A stretch of DNA of 64,000 bases, taken from Anaerolineaceae bacterium. Its GTDB lineage: Bacteria; Chloroflexota; Anaerolineae; Anaerolineales; Anaerolineaceae. The notes below the pieces were generated by a model, which saw only the letters and a list, made by a program, of their open reading frames with translations, ran no database searches and was not told the origin of the DNA. Positions 46,808-56,772 of this stretch are shown here, one piece after another; position 1 is the stretch's first letter, and every line of letters begins with the position of its first letter. A program made the translations under genes and the position numbers. The stretch is from assembly GCA_018056725.1 (NCBI GenBank), contig JAGPFF010000001.1, forward strand, positions 26,034 through 90,033, written 5' to 3'.

Positions 46808-47008
46808 ATGAGTGATTCAACAGTTAAAAGATTATATCGTTCAAGAACGGATAGAAAAATTGCCGGAGTTTGTGGCGGTCTGGCGGAATATTTTGGGATC
46901 GATCCGACGATCATTCGGTTGGGGTTTGTGCTGGGGTTGATTCTGGCTGGCGGAACAGCGACAGCCTATCTCATCATGGCACTGGTGATTCCTGAAGAAC
47001 CACTTTAA
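46808..47008 (+). CDS. PspC domain membrane protein
   Basis: 66 aa. LYRSRTDRKIAGVCGGLAEYFGIDPTIIRLGFV is the PspC signature. Confidence 0.85.
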   Translation: MSDSTVKRLYRSRTDRKIAGVCGGLAEYFGIDPTIIRLGFVLGLILAGGTATAYLIMALVIPEEPL

Positions 47009-47049
47009 TCGTCATGGGCTGCCCGGATCAAAGATCCGCGGCGAAAGTC

Positions 47050-47098
47050 AAAAAACAGACTGCTGCCAAAATTTATCTTACGGCAGCAGTCTGTTGGT
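47050..47098. terminator. Bidirectional terminator between the PspC gene and the MacB-like operon
   Basis: AAAAAA CAGACTGCTGCC ... GGCAGCAGTCTG TTGGTTT (12-bp stem). Confidence 0.75.
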
Positions 47099-48325
47099 TT
47101 AATCGTGGCGCAAGGCTTCAACAGGTTCCAGGTTGGCGGCGCGGTTGGCGGGGTAAAGACCGAAGAAAAGACCCACAACAGTAGAAAAGATGGTCGCAAG
47201 CAAAATAGCATCCAGGCTGATTTGCGGTGTGAACGGGGTGTTGTTGGCAACCGCAATCTGCCCCACGATGAAGGCGATCAGCCATCCCAGACCGATACCC
47301 ACCAATCCGCCCATGAGGCTGAGGAGGGAAGATTCGGTGAGAAACTGAATCAGGATATCTCTCTTGCGGGCGCCAAGTGCTTTGCGCAGACCAATCTCAC
47401 GGGTACGTTCGGTAACGGAAACCAGCATGATGTTCATGATGCCAATTCCACCGACCAGCAGGGAAATTCCGGCAATTCCGCCCAGGAAAATCGTCAGCAC
47501 GCCGGTAATTGTCTTGGCGATGTCGACGAAATCTTCCTGCGAAAAGATCGTGAAGTCATCCTCACCGATCTTTGTGCGGTGTCTGGCGCGCAAAATCTGG
47601 CTTACTTCCTCGCTGGCTTGAGAGACCTGGGAGGCTGAAACAGCCTGAATCAGTAGCATATCCAGGCGATTATCGTTGTGCCGGATGAGACGTGCCTCCG
47701 CGGTAGAAAGGGGAATGATGGCTATTTCATCCTGTGAGCCAAAGGAGGAGCCTCCTTTGGATTCGAGTACTCCGCTAACGCGGAAAGGCTGCCCCTCAAT
47801 CCGAATTGTTTCACCGACAAGACCCTCACGGCGACCAAATAGTTTTTCAGCCGTATCCGGACCAAGAAGGACCACAGAGGCGCGACCGAGATTTTGCTCT
47901 TCGGTGATGAACTCCCCTTCTGTCACCCGATAATTACGAACCTCCTCATAGGAAGGTGTGACTCCGTAAACTGTGGTTCGGGCAGCTTCACCGCCAGCAG
48001 TGAGCGAGAGAGTATCGTTGAGGACGGGGGCAACCGCCGCTACATTGGGTGCCTGGAATTGGTCGAGCAGGGCTCTCGCATCCTCAATTGTAAGGGGTTC
48101 AACCCGGGTAAGGTCCTGTGAGGGGTTCCCCTGCATGACGAAGAGCAGGTTGCTGCCAATGCCGCTGATGGAACCGGTGATTGTGTCCTGTGCGCCTGTG
48201 CCCACAGCGAGCATGGCGATAACCGCTCCAACACCGATGATGATGCCGAGGATAGTCAACCCGGAGCGCATTTTGTTCGAGTTGAGGCTTTCTAGGGCTT
48301 CAGTGATTGCCTGCCAGAGGTTCAT
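47099..48325 (-). CDS. MacB/FtsX-type ABC transporter permease
   Basis: 408 aa. N-terminal TM, a large extracytoplasmic MacB_PCD-like domain, and the C-terminal FtsX 3-TM bundle ([11 protein letters not shown]). Its start overlaps the ATPase stop by 4 nt. Confidence 0.85.
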   Translation of the reverse strand: MNLWQAITEALESLNSNKMRSGLTILGIIIGVGAVIAMLAVGTGAQDTITGSISGIGSNLLFVMQGNPSQDLTRVEPLTIEDARALLDQFQAPNVAAVAPVLNDTLSLTAGGEAARTTVYGVTPSYEEVRNYRVTEGEFITEEQNLGRASVVLLGPDTAEKLFGRREGLVGETIRIEGQPFRVSGVLESKGGSSFGSQDEIAIIPLSTAEARLIRHNDNRLDMLLIQAVSASQVSQASEEVSQILRARHRTKIGEDDFTIFSQEDFVDIAKTITGVLTIFLGGIAGISLLVGGIGIMNIMLVSVTERTREIGLRKALGARKRDILIQFLTESSLLSLMGGLVGIGLGWLIAFIVGQIAVANNTPFTPQISLDAILLATIFSTVVGLFFGLYPANRAANLEPVEALRHD

Positions 48326-49002
48326 GATGCACCTTCCTCAATCAGACCGTCTTTGAGGCGGATGACACGACCGGTATGGGCAGCCACATCAGGGTCGTGG
48401 GTTACGATGATCAGGGTGGTGCCCTGCTCGCGGTTGAGATTGAGCAGAAGTTCCATTATTTCTTCACCGGAGCGGGAATCGAGATTGCCGGTTGGTTCAT
48501 CCGCCATGATAATGGCAGGACGATTCACCAGGGCGCGGGCAATTGCCACCCGCTGCTGCTGCCCGCCTGAAAGTTCAGGTGGACGATGATTCATGCGGTC
48601 ACTGAGTCCAACGGACTCGAGCGCTGCTACAGCACGTTCACGCCTCGTGGTGGTAATGCCGGCATAGCGCATGGGAAGTTCCACATTGGCTAAAGCGGTG
48701 GCGCGTGGGAGCAGGTTAAAACTCTGAAAGACAAACCCCACCTTGCGGTTTCGAATGCTGGCAAGCTGATCATCATTCAATTGCGCGACTTCTTCGCCAT
48801 CCAGGGTATAGCTGCCGCTGGTCGGACGATCAAGACAGCCAAGCAGGTTCATCAGGGTCGACTTGCCGGAGCCGGAGGGACCCATGATGGCAACAGTTTC
48901 GCCCTGTTGAATCGTGAAACTGACGCCGTCGAGGGCGTGCACTTCCACGCTGCTGATTTTATAGATCTTTTTAAGATCCTGAACTTGAATAACGGTATCC
49001 AT
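48322..49002 (-). CDS. ABC transporter ATP-binding protein (MacB/LolD type)
   Basis: 226 aa. Walker [10 protein letters not shown], signature [13 protein letters not shown], and Walker B IIMADEPT. Confidence 0.92.
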   Translation of the reverse strand: MDTVIQVQDLKKIYKISSVEVHALDGVSFTIQQGETVAIMGPSGSGKSTLMNLLGCLDRPTSGSYTLDGEEVAQLNDDQLASIRNRKVGFVFQSFNLLPRATALANVELPMRYAGITTTRRERAVAALESVGLSDRMNHRPPELSGGQQQRVAIARALVNRPAIIMADEPTGNLDSRSGEEIMELLLNLNREQGTTLIIVTHDPDVAAHTGRVIRLKDGLIEEGAS

Positions 49003-49012
49003 CTTATCCTGA

Positions 49013-50434
49013 TTAGAAGGGTGGTGCTGAATTAAAGTTCATGTCCATAATGGAGGAAGGTGGATTAAGGATCACCAGATCTTTCTCCTTAAGATCGCCG
49101 GAAAGCACTTCGCTCACTGTGTCAGATGAGGCACCAATTTCAATGGGGACTTTTACCGCTGTATTATTCTTGAGCACATACACGACGGTCTCATTATTCA
49201 CCAGACGCACAGCGCGATTGGGCACGATGAGGGCATCATTGATTTCACGGACAATGACATTCACGGCGGCAGTCATGCCGGGCAGCACCTGTTCATCCGG
49301 ATTGAGGATCTCAATGGTGATCTTGAAATTCACCAGACCTCCTTCCACGGTGCCCACCGTGGCAACCTGGCTTACTTTGCCCTGATATTGTTTATTGGGG
49401 ATGGCGTCAAAGGTCAATTCGACAGACTGACCGGTTTGGATGCTGTTAATATCCACCTCCGGTACCATGACATCCACCAGCAGGTGAGAAAAATCATCCA
49501 AACGAAACGCCTGGGTACCCGCGTTGATCTGATCGCCAGTCATTGCAAAGACTTCTGTAATCGTCCCGCTGAAGGGGGCGGTGATGCGGGCGAGATTGAT
49601 GGTGGCTTTGAGCGCGGTGATGCGTGCCTGGGCGGCGGCGATGTCCGCGGGATCAGCCCCATCTTTCTGTCGTTCCCATTCGCGCTGGGCATCCTCATAT
49701 TCCGCCAGAGCCACAGCCACTTTGCCTTCAGAAATTGCCAGCTCTTTAGCATCTGGTGTTTGGATCAGATAGTTCAGATCCTTTTTTGCTTTTTCAAGAT
49801 TCTGCCTTGCGTTGGCAAGGGTGCTCAGCGCACCAGCTTTAAGAGGATCATCATCATCACGTGAATCAACCCGTTCATAAGCATCCTGAGCGTCATCCAC
49901 CTGTTTTTGGGCGAGTGTGACCGCAGCGCGGGCAGCGTCAATTTTATTTTGATCGGTGGTTCGTGCCGTGTTCCCCTGCCAGCTGGACCACACCGCGCGG
50001 TCATAGGCATCTTTGGCATTGGCAAGGTTTAATTGCGCCTGTGCCTTGGCAAGGTTGGAATTCAGCAGGTCATCAAGATCTCGTTCGGCGGTTACCAGAT
50101 CCGCCTTGGCAAGGATGACGTTCTGTGGCAGAGAGGATTCCAGCAGTTCAGCGAGGACGGCTTCACTGGCTACTTTATCTCCAACTTTTACATTTATCTG
50201 GCTAATGCGACCACTGGTTTGCCAGGCGAGTGTGGCAGTCTGGTTGGCTCGCACCGTTCCAGTGGCACCAACGTAGGCAGTCAGTTCACCCCGTGTGACG
50301 GGTGTGGTTTGCAAATCGGCTACCGAAGATTGGTTGCGGGCGTTGTTGCTGATGATTATAAAAACCACCAGTGCGATAACGACGAGAGCAACAATCAGGT
50401 AAATCACTTTCTTTTTTGATTTTTTGTTTTCCAT
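49013..50434 (-). CDS. HlyD/MacA-type periplasmic adaptor (membrane fusion) protein
   Basis: 473 aa. N-terminal anchor, a lipoyl-like half-motif, a long coiled-coil hairpin, and beta-barrel/MP domains. Confidence 0.8.
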   Translation of the reverse strand: MENKKSKKKVIYLIVALVVIALVVFIIISNNARNQSSVADLQTTPVTRGELTAYVGATGTVRANQTATLAWQTSGRISQINVKVGDKVASEAVLAELLESSLPQNVILAKADLVTAERDLDDLLNSNLAKAQAQLNLANAKDAYDRAVWSSWQGNTARTTDQNKIDAARAAVTLAQKQVDDAQDAYERVDSRDDDDPLKAGALSTLANARQNLEKAKKDLNYLIQTPDAKELAISEGKVAVALAEYEDAQREWERQKDGADPADIAAAQARITALKATINLARITAPFSGTITEVFAMTGDQINAGTQAFRLDDFSHLLVDVMVPEVDINSIQTGQSVELTFDAIPNKQYQGKVSQVATVGTVEGGLVNFKITIEILNPDEQVLPGMTAAVNVIVREINDALIVPNRAVRLVNNETVVYVLKNNTAVKVPIEIGASSDTVSEVLSGDLKEKDLVILNPPSSIMDMNFNSAPPF

Positions 50435-50493
50435 ACTGGTTATCCATATTCCTTAGTAAAGTCCCTGTTTTGTAGCAGGGTATAATTTTGGTC

Positions 50494-51738
50494 ATGCGTT
50501 TGAATCAATGGCTCAAGCAAATCCTTATTTTTTTAGCGATGGCATTTTTACTGACCCGGTCCGTGATGCGGTTGGAGCGACCAGTGGATCAGGCGCGCTT
50601 GTTTACGGGAGGTATTGAGTTTGATTATATCGCCTGGACACTCAATGCCATACAAGAAAAAGCTGCCCAGGCGCAACTGAATGTGGTGCAGTACCTGTCC
50701 CCTGATCAGCAAGCGAAGGTGGTACTGCGTTATTTTGAGCTGGTCCGCGAGCTGGAAATCACCCAGGCGCAGATCAATTTTCTTTACACTGACCCCAGGG
50801 TGGTTGACCCTGAGAAACAGGCAGCGGAATTCCTCTCCCGACAGAAAAATTTGGAAAATAGTCTGGATCACCTGGCAGCGCTTACCGAGGGGATTCTGCA
50901 GTTTCAAGTTACGCAGGTGTTGAGCGAACAAGGATTGGGGTTTCTTTCGCAGCAGGTGCCGCCAGTATTATTTCATTCTACCCCACTGCCTAAGGCTCTG
51001 ATTGTCTCACCGCGTGATGCAATCCGGCAGGAGGTTAATATTTCGCTGCTGGCGGATTTGAGCCTGGAGGAGATTACCCGGCTGGAGGATGAAGTAGCGG
51101 CGTACATGAATGCCTCCGTGCTGGTGGAAGACGTAGGCGGAATTGGGGTTTACCCCACCATGGTGCAACGGGCTTCAAGCCTGGAATGGACACTTGATAC
51201 CATTGTTCATGAATGGACTCATAACTATCTCACTCTGAGACCGTTAGGTTTAAATTATGACAAAACCCCTGAGCTGCGCACGATGAACGAAACCACGGCT
51301 TCCATTGTGGGCAATGAGATCAGCGCGGCAGTTTTGCGGAGGTATTATCCACAGTTATCTGCCAGCGGAAGAGCGGGAAAAAAAGTGGCATCGTTGCAGA
51401 CAGCCAATGGAGAGAGTTTTGATTTCAATCATGAAATGCATCTTACCAGGGTGACTGTGGATGAATTGCTGGCGCAGGGGAAAATTGAAGAAGCGGAAGC
51501 GTATATGGAAGAGCGGCGAATTGTGTTTGTGGAACATGGTTACATGATCCGCAAACTCAACCAGGCGTATTTTGCCTTCCATGGAGCTTATGCCGATGTA
51601 CCGGTAGGTGCAGCGGGCGAAGACCCGGTTGGACCGGCAGTACGCGCCCTGCGAGAGAGCTCTCCCTCACTGGCGGGCTTCCTGCGGCAGATCGCTCGGA
51701 TGAATTCCTTCGACGATTTGCAGCGGACAGTAAAATGA
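50494..51738 (+). CDS. Hypothetical membrane-anchored HExxH protein (possible MA-clan zinc peptidase)
   Basis: About 414 aa with one N-terminal hydrophobic span and HEWTHNYL in the middle. No family recognised. Start is at ATG 50494 or TTG 50488. Confidence 0.45.
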   Translation: MRLNQWLKQILIFLAMAFLLTRSVMRLERPVDQARLFTGGIEFDYIAWTLNAIQEKAAQAQLNVVQYLSPDQQAKVVLRYFELVRELEITQAQINFLYTDPRVVDPEKQAAEFLSRQKNLENSLDHLAALTEGILQFQVTQVLSEQGLGFLSQQVPPVLFHSTPLPKALIVSPRDAIRQEVNISLLADLSLEEITRLEDEVAAYMNASVLVEDVGGIGVYPTMVQRASSLEWTLDTIVHEWTHNYLTLRPLGLNYDKTPELRTMNETTASIVGNEISAAVLRRYYPQLSASGRAGKKVASLQTANGESFDFNHEMHLTRVTVDELLAQGKIEEAEAYMEERRIVFVEHGYMIRKLNQAYFAFHGAYADVPVGAAGEDPVGPAVRALRESSPSLAGFLRQIARMNSFDDLQRTVK

Positions 51739-51779
51739 ACCCCATCCAAATTCAACGTATGAATTATTAAAGAACTGTT

Positions 51780-52145
51780 TTATTCCTCGCCCAGATCGGG
51801 CATCTCCCGTTCAATTTCTTCGGGTGTCTGTCCTTTCTCAAGGCGGCTGACGACCTCATCAAATTCTCCGGGAAGATCATCTGCGCCGACTTCATTTTTC
51901 ATTTCGCGCATCATTTTGCCCAGGGCGCGTGGATCACTGTCCAGAGCACTGAGATTGTCCTCATCCGCAAGAGAAGCCAGGCGACCTTCCTCACCCCGGC
52001 TTACCCTCACTTTCCGGATTACTCGCTGCACATTTGCTGATCCGCACTTTGGACAAACGGTCTGGTGCTGGTCATACTGCGCATAGGATAAGTAAACCTC
52101 AAAGCGGTTTTTGCATTGTGAACATGAAAAATCGTAAACCGGCAT
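51780..52145 (-). CDS. FmdB/CxxC_CxxC_SSSS family zinc-ribbon protein
   Basis: MPVYDFSCSQCKNRFEV...CPKCGS. I trimmed the start to ATG 52145. Confidence 0.8.
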   Translation of the reverse strand: MPVYDFSCSQCKNRFEVYLSYAQYDQHQTVCPKCGSANVQRVIRKVRVSRGEEGRLASLADEDNLSALDSDPRALGKMMREMKNEVGADDLPGEFDEVVSRLEKGQTPEEIEREMPDLGEE

Positions 52146-52227
52146 CCACACCTCATTTTTGAGCAAACTAATATCCATTATAATCAAAGGATATTAGAGA
52201 AATGTTAATTCCATCTGGAGCCTGCGC

Positions 52228-52851
52228 ATGAACAAGGAAGAGATGTTCGATCTGTTGCACCCACAACCTTTGTTGATTGTAATTTCAGGTCCATCGGGGG
52301 TAGGAAAAGACAGCGTGCTGCAGGGGCTGAAACGCCGCAATCTACCTTTTCATTTTGTGGTTACCGCCACAAGCCGGGCACCTCGACCAGATGAAGTTAA
52401 TGGGCGTGATTATATCTTTTACTCGCGAGAAGAGTTTGAAGAGCGCGTGGCAAGAGGTGAGTTTATAGAACATGCGCTGGTTTATCAAGATTTGAAAGGG
52501 ATCCCGTGTTGCCAGATTGAGGATGCGATAAAAAGTGGAAAAGATGTGGTACTGCGAGTGGATGTACAGGGTGCGGCGACAATTCGAAAAAAATATCCGC
52601 AGGCGGTAATGATCTTTTTAATCCCGCGGTGCTATGAGGAATGGTATCAACGATTAATCAATCGTAAAACTGAAAGCGAAGAGCAATTGAAAATCCGTAT
52701 TGAAACGGCAGCCAGAGAAGTGGAACAAATTGATATGTTTGACTATATCGTTGTGAACGCGGAAAACCTGCTGGAGCAGGCAGTGGAGGATATTATCAGC
52801 ATCATCCGCGCGGAGCACCTGGCGGTCAATCATCGAGTGTTAATAAAATGA
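52228..52851 (+). CDS. gmk: Guanylate kinase
   Basis: 207 aa. P-loop GPSGVGKDS, TTRAPR-like TATSRAPRPDEVNGRDYIF, and EHALVY. Confidence 0.9.
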   Translation: MNKEEMFDLLHPQPLLIVISGPSGVGKDSVLQGLKRRNLPFHFVVTATSRAPRPDEVNGRDYIFYSREEFEERVARGEFIEHALVYQDLKGIPCCQIEDAIKSGKDVVLRVDVQGAATIRKKYPQAVMIFLIPRCYEEWYQRLINRKTESEEQLKIRIETAAREVEQIDMFDYIVVNAENLLEQAVEDIISIIRAEHLAVNHRVLIK

Positions 52852-53618
52852 ATTCCAGCGAACCTTCTTACACCCAGCCGGGGGGACCAATCCCCCCTGG
52901 CGGTATACCAGTGACAGTTAAGCTTGCAGCAAAAAAACCGAGCGTAACTTACATTTTGATTGGCGTTACCGTCGCAATCTACCTGCTGCAGATGCTATCG
53001 CAAACCCTTAGCGGCGGATATGATTTTCCGTTCATACTGGGGGGCAAGATTAATGAGTATATCCTGCGTGGGCAGGTTTGGCGGCTGATCACACCCGCGC
53101 TGCTGCATGGCAATTTACTGCATATTGCTTTTAATATGTACGCGCTCTATTCGCTTGGCGAATCGATGGAACGTTATTATGGGCATAAGCGCTTCCTGCT
53201 GCTGTATGGGATCGGTGCTTTTTGTGGCAACAGCCTCTCGTTTCTTCTATCGCCCAAAGCCTCCCTCGGCGCCTCCACGGCAGTGTTTGCGCTGGTGGCA
53301 GCGGAAGGCGTGTTTATCTACCGCAATCGCAACCTGTTTGGTCGCCGCGCCCGAATGATGTTGAGTAACCTGGTAATGATCGTAGTGGTGAACCTGCTGA
53401 TCGGGTTGCAACCCGGGATTGATAACTGGGGACACGTAGGCGGTCTGGCGGGTGGCGTACTTTTTGCCTGGTTTGCCGGACCATGGCTCAAGGTTGAAAA
53501 TACTTTCAGCGGTTACGAACTGACGGATTCCCGGAGGGGCAGTGATGTGTGGAAAGGTACCGCTTTTTCAGCGGGTTTATTCCTGGCTGCAGTGATTGGA
53601 AGGTTTATCGCGGGTTGA
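52848..53618 (+). CDS. Rhomboid family intramembrane serine protease
   Basis: 256 aa. WRLITPALLHGNLLHIAFNM, the catalytic GASTAVF, and NWGHVGGLAGG. ATGA overlap with gmk. Confidence 0.88.
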   Translation: MNSSEPSYTQPGGPIPPGGIPVTVKLAAKKPSVTYILIGVTVAIYLLQMLSQTLSGGYDFPFILGGKINEYILRGQVWRLITPALLHGNLLHIAFNMYALYSLGESMERYYGHKRFLLLYGIGAFCGNSLSFLLSPKASLGASTAVFALVAAEGVFIYRNRNLFGRRARMMLSNLVMIVVVNLLIGLQPGIDNWGHVGGLAGGVLFAWFAGPWLKVENTFSGYELTDSRRGSDVWKGTAFSAGLFLAAVIGRFIAG

Positions 53619-53789
53619 CGGGAACAAATCACACCGTCCATGAGCTGCTGTGACGGATGGATAGATCACACACGTATGCGATGATGTTTTTCGGCTCTAC
53701 GAAAAGAAACCGTATTCAAGGAAGGTTTGATTTCAATTTCATGAAAATCGAACCTTCTTTTTATTCCCCGGGGATTTCAAAGGAAGGGA

Positions 53790-54962
53790 TTAGAAACCAC
53801 CTGATCCATAAAGCGCCGGGTCGGTTGGAGTTTTACCCGATGGATCCCACACATATACATAATCACCCTCGTCCGCCCAGTCGTATAGCCAGTGAGAGTC
53901 AGCGACAGACAGATTTACGCAGCCATGTGAGCGTTGATATCCGAGCAGCGTTTGCCAGTAAGCACCATGAAGGGCACGCAAGTCGTCGTAATACATGATG
54001 TAAGGTACTTCTTCAAGATAATAATAATCCGACCGGTCTGCCTCAAAAGAGCCAACCATGCGATCAAAATCTAATTTCTTGTAGATTTGGAAAACACCCG
54101 GACGGGTGTAAAAGGGAGCAACTCCGGATGAAATGAGTGTGGCAAAGACGAGGTTTCCGTTTTCATAGGCAGCCAGGGTTTGTTCGTAGAGGTTGACTTC
54201 GATCCATTTATCCACCGGCACCCCTTCGGGACGGGTGTAATTGGGGATGACGCGGGAAATGAAGCGGTGTTCGACCCACTCATCCACGCCGACCATCACC
54301 CATTCAATATCATCGATTACAACACTGTCATAGATCAGGATTTTGTCCTCACGGCGGTACTGTGTGCCTGTTTCGGCAGAGGCATAACCCGGCGCGGACC
54401 GTCCAACTGTTTCATTGATCACCCAACCAAAATTGAGGGCAGGGTTGCGTTTGAAGATGTAGCCCTGAAAATTGGGTAAGCCCACAATATCCATGTGTTC
54501 ATCGCTGATCCATTCCGTGGTGGCAATCTGGTAAAACCGTCCTTTGTCAGTATCGACGTGGTTTTGTAGCGCCACATACTTGATTTTGCTTTTGTAAAGG
54601 CGGTTGGTGGGATGGTTGTTTTCGATATCCTCCACGGTGGCATAGAGCGGAACTTCATCATTTACGACCAGCCCATAAGTATAGGGAACCTGGGCGAGGG
54701 CATAAGGGGTGCGGGTAACGAAAAGCGGCTGGGGCGGGAAAGTGATGCCGAGGCTGGCGAGCTCCGCCAACCGGCTCGCCGGTCCCTTTTCGAGGCAATC
54801 CAGATTGGCGATCTCATCTCCACCTGGCAGACACAAAGCCAGATCGGCTTGTCTTGGGGGAAGGGATTCTGCCGACACCGTGGCAAGTGAATGAGAGAAC
54901 AACGCACATAAAGAAGCGATGAAGAAAGCAATCAAGAGGATACTTCTTTTCACAAAATTCAC
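53790..54962 (-). CDS. L,D-transpeptidase (YkuD domain) with N-terminal signal anchor
   Basis: 390 aa. The C-terminal YkuD domain carries the catalytic SHGCVNLS. Confidence 0.8.
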   Translation of the reverse strand: MNFVKRSILLIAFFIASLCALFSHSLATVSAESLPPRQADLALCLPGGDEIANLDCLEKGPASRLAELASLGITFPPQPLFVTRTPYALAQVPYTYGLVVNDEVPLYATVEDIENNHPTNRLYKSKIKYVALQNHVDTDKGRFYQIATTEWISDEHMDIVGLPNFQGYIFKRNPALNFGWVINETVGRSAPGYASAETGTQYRREDKILIYDSVVIDDIEWVMVGVDEWVEHRFISRVIPNYTRPEGVPVDKWIEVNLYEQTLAAYENGNLVFATLISSGVAPFYTRPGVFQIYKKLDFDRMVGSFEADRSDYYYLEEVPYIMYYDDLRALHGAYWQTLLGYQRSHGCVNLSVADSHWLYDWADEGDYVYVWDPSGKTPTDPALYGSGGF

Positions 54963-55089
54963 CTGTTTCCAATAATACGATGTATTTTATCCTAAATTAA
55001 GGACAGATTGATGGGTGGGGATTAAGAACTATGGCTCAACCAACGATGTAGGAGCTGCAAAGAACCGTTCCCGCCCAAAGAAAGAGGAC

Positions 55090-55704
55090 TTATTCGAAGG
55101 GTTTGTGAAATCGCTTTGAAGCCAGTTCTTGCAGCGCGCCATAGGTTTTCTCCCCCAGCAGGTAGCGCAGCTCGGCTTCGAAGGTGGAGTGGAGGGGGAT
55201 GGACTCGTCCGCAGGGCGAAGGCAACTGCCTTCTTCATCCTTCAGTTCCTGGGCTGAATCAAGGGTGATGCAACCGGAGTCATCCAGGTCAAGCGGGTGA
55301 AGGATGCAATAGAACGGTTTGAAGCGCCAGGGGTGCATGCCGTTTTCCAGCGCAGCGATTTGCAGGGCACAACGCCCGTCAGCGCAGCAAAAAACGCACG
55401 CCGTTCTGCCATAATGGTCGGGGCGATTTTCAACGGCGGTGTGCACCACTTTGCCGCTGGGGCTATATGGATCGCTATCTTCCACACCCGCGAACCAATC
55501 ACCGGGTGAAGGAGAGTCTTTGGGCATATAAGGCAGAATGAGAGCAGTATTACGGAGAATGTCGTCACGCTCTCTCAAATCCACCCAGACGCCAAAAACA
55601 CAACAGGCACCATGGCATTCGCCGAGCGTGCAGCGCTGCAAGGCTTCCGAATCCAGTAGACGGGGGTTGACCCGATCAAATACGGTAAGGGATGTTCCAG
55701 ACAT
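55090..55704 (-). CDS. DUF3109-like Cys-rich protein
   Basis: 204 aa. CHGACCVFGVWVD, ACVFCCADGRCALQ, and KPFYCILHPL. Confidence 0.55.
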   Translation of the reverse strand: MSGTSLTVFDRVNPRLLDSEALQRCTLGECHGACCVFGVWVDLRERDDILRNTALILPYMPKDSPSPGDWFAGVEDSDPYSPSGKVVHTAVENRPDHYGRTACVFCCADGRCALQIAALENGMHPWRFKPFYCILHPLDLDDSGCITLDSAQELKDEEGSCLRPADESIPLHSTFEAELRYLLGEKTYGALQELASKRFHKPFE

Positions 55705-55803
55705 GGTTGGATTGTACCATTACAAAAGAGTCCAAGGCGCAGGCGGAATTTGGATCCAATGAAATAAGGTAAAATGAAAGCATCATTTTCAAAGGAGATG
55801 GGT

Positions 55804-56745
55804 ATGGGAAACTGGAAGATCTTGTTAACCGATGGATTGGAAGAGAATGGCAAAGAGATCCTGAGGGCTTCCGCCGAGGTGGTGGATCAATCCGGGATCA
55901 GCGCCGATGACCTGTTGAAAGTCGTAGGGGAATATGACGCGCTAATTGTCCGTGGTCGAACCAAAGTGACTAATGCAGTTTTTGAAGCCGGCAAAAAGTT
56001 AAAAGTGGTGGGGCGTGCCGGGGTTGGTGTGGATAATATTGACCTGGAAGCAGCGAAAGCGCATCACGTGACTGTGGTCAACTCGCCTTTAGCCACTACG
56101 GTAGCCGTAGCCGAACTCACCCTCAGTTTGATGTTGAGCTTGGTGCGGGAAATTCCGCGGGCGGATGCTTCCATGAAATCAGGAAAATGGCTCAAGAAGG
56201 AATTTGAGGGTCGGGAATTATACGGCAAGACGCTTGGCGTGCTGGGATTTGGTCGGATCGGTTCTGCGGTGGCTGCGCGTGCCAAAGCCTTTGAAATGAA
56301 GATTCTGGCTTATGACCCGGTTGTATCGGCAGAAGAGATCCGGGCTCGAGGTGGAGAACCGGTAAGTTTGGATGACTTGCTCAAACAATCTGACATGATC
56401 ACGATGCACATGCCGTTGACATCGGAATCAAAACATCTACTGAATCGGGAAGCTTTCTCCAAGATGAAGGATGGGGTATACATCGTATGTGCTGCTCGTG
56501 GTGGGGTCATTGATGAAGACGCCCTGCTTGAAGCGCTGAACAGCGGCAAGGTTGCAGGCGCAGCGTTGGACGTTTTTGCCACGGAACCCCCTGGCGAGAC
56601 GGAGCTGGTCGCCCACCCACACGTGATTGACACACCCCATGTTGGCGCGCAGACTGTAGAAGCCCAGACACGGGCAGCCCACGATATTGCTGAAGAAGTA
56701 TTGAATGCACTGGCAGGGAAGCCATTAAGGTGGAAAGTCGCTTGA
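55804..56745 (+). CDS. D-isomer-specific 2-hydroxyacid dehydrogenase (phosphoglycerate dehydrogenase-like, short form)
   Basis: About 313 aa from MGNWKILLTD (AAGGAG upstream). NAD motif GVLGFGRIGSAVA, and catalytic RGGVIDE and HVGAQT. Confidence 0.8.
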   Translation: MGNWKILLTDGLEENGKEILRASAEVVDQSGISADDLLKVVGEYDALIVRGRTKVTNAVFEAGKKLKVVGRAGVGVDNIDLEAAKAHHVTVVNSPLATTVAVAELTLSLMLSLVREIPRADASMKSGKWLKKEFEGRELYGKTLGVLGFGRIGSAVAARAKAFEMKILAYDPVVSAEEIRARGGEPVSLDDLLKQSDMITMHMPLTSESKHLLNREAFSKMKDGVYIVCAARGGVIDEDALLEALNSGKVAGAALDVFATEPPGETELVAHPHVIDTPHVGAQTVEAQTRAAHDIAEEVLNALAGKPLRWKVA

Positions 56746-56772
56746 ACGAATATTGGATCTACGGGAGATAAA

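Noticed and set aside
50481-50494. TATAAT at 50481-50486, placed so that the ATG at 50494 could be a leaderless start for the HExxH protein.
   Set aside because: No -35 element or TG extension lies at proper spacing. A single hexamer match in an AT-rich spacer is weak evidence, so it is left as an unconfirmed note.
52848-52851. ATGA overlap coupling guanylate kinase to a rhomboid protease; a similar 4-nt overlap occurs at 48322-48325 in the MacB operon.
   Set aside because: Four-nt start/stop overlaps are common translational coupling in compact genomes. They do not by themselves imply a functional link.
53657-53998. 113-aa plus-strand ORF in and beyond the rhomboid/L,D-transpeptidase spacer.
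   Set aside because: Its last 209 nt overlap the 3' end of the well-supported L,D-transpeptidase gene on the other strand. It has no RBS and an Arg/His/Ser-rich composition, so it is likely spurious.
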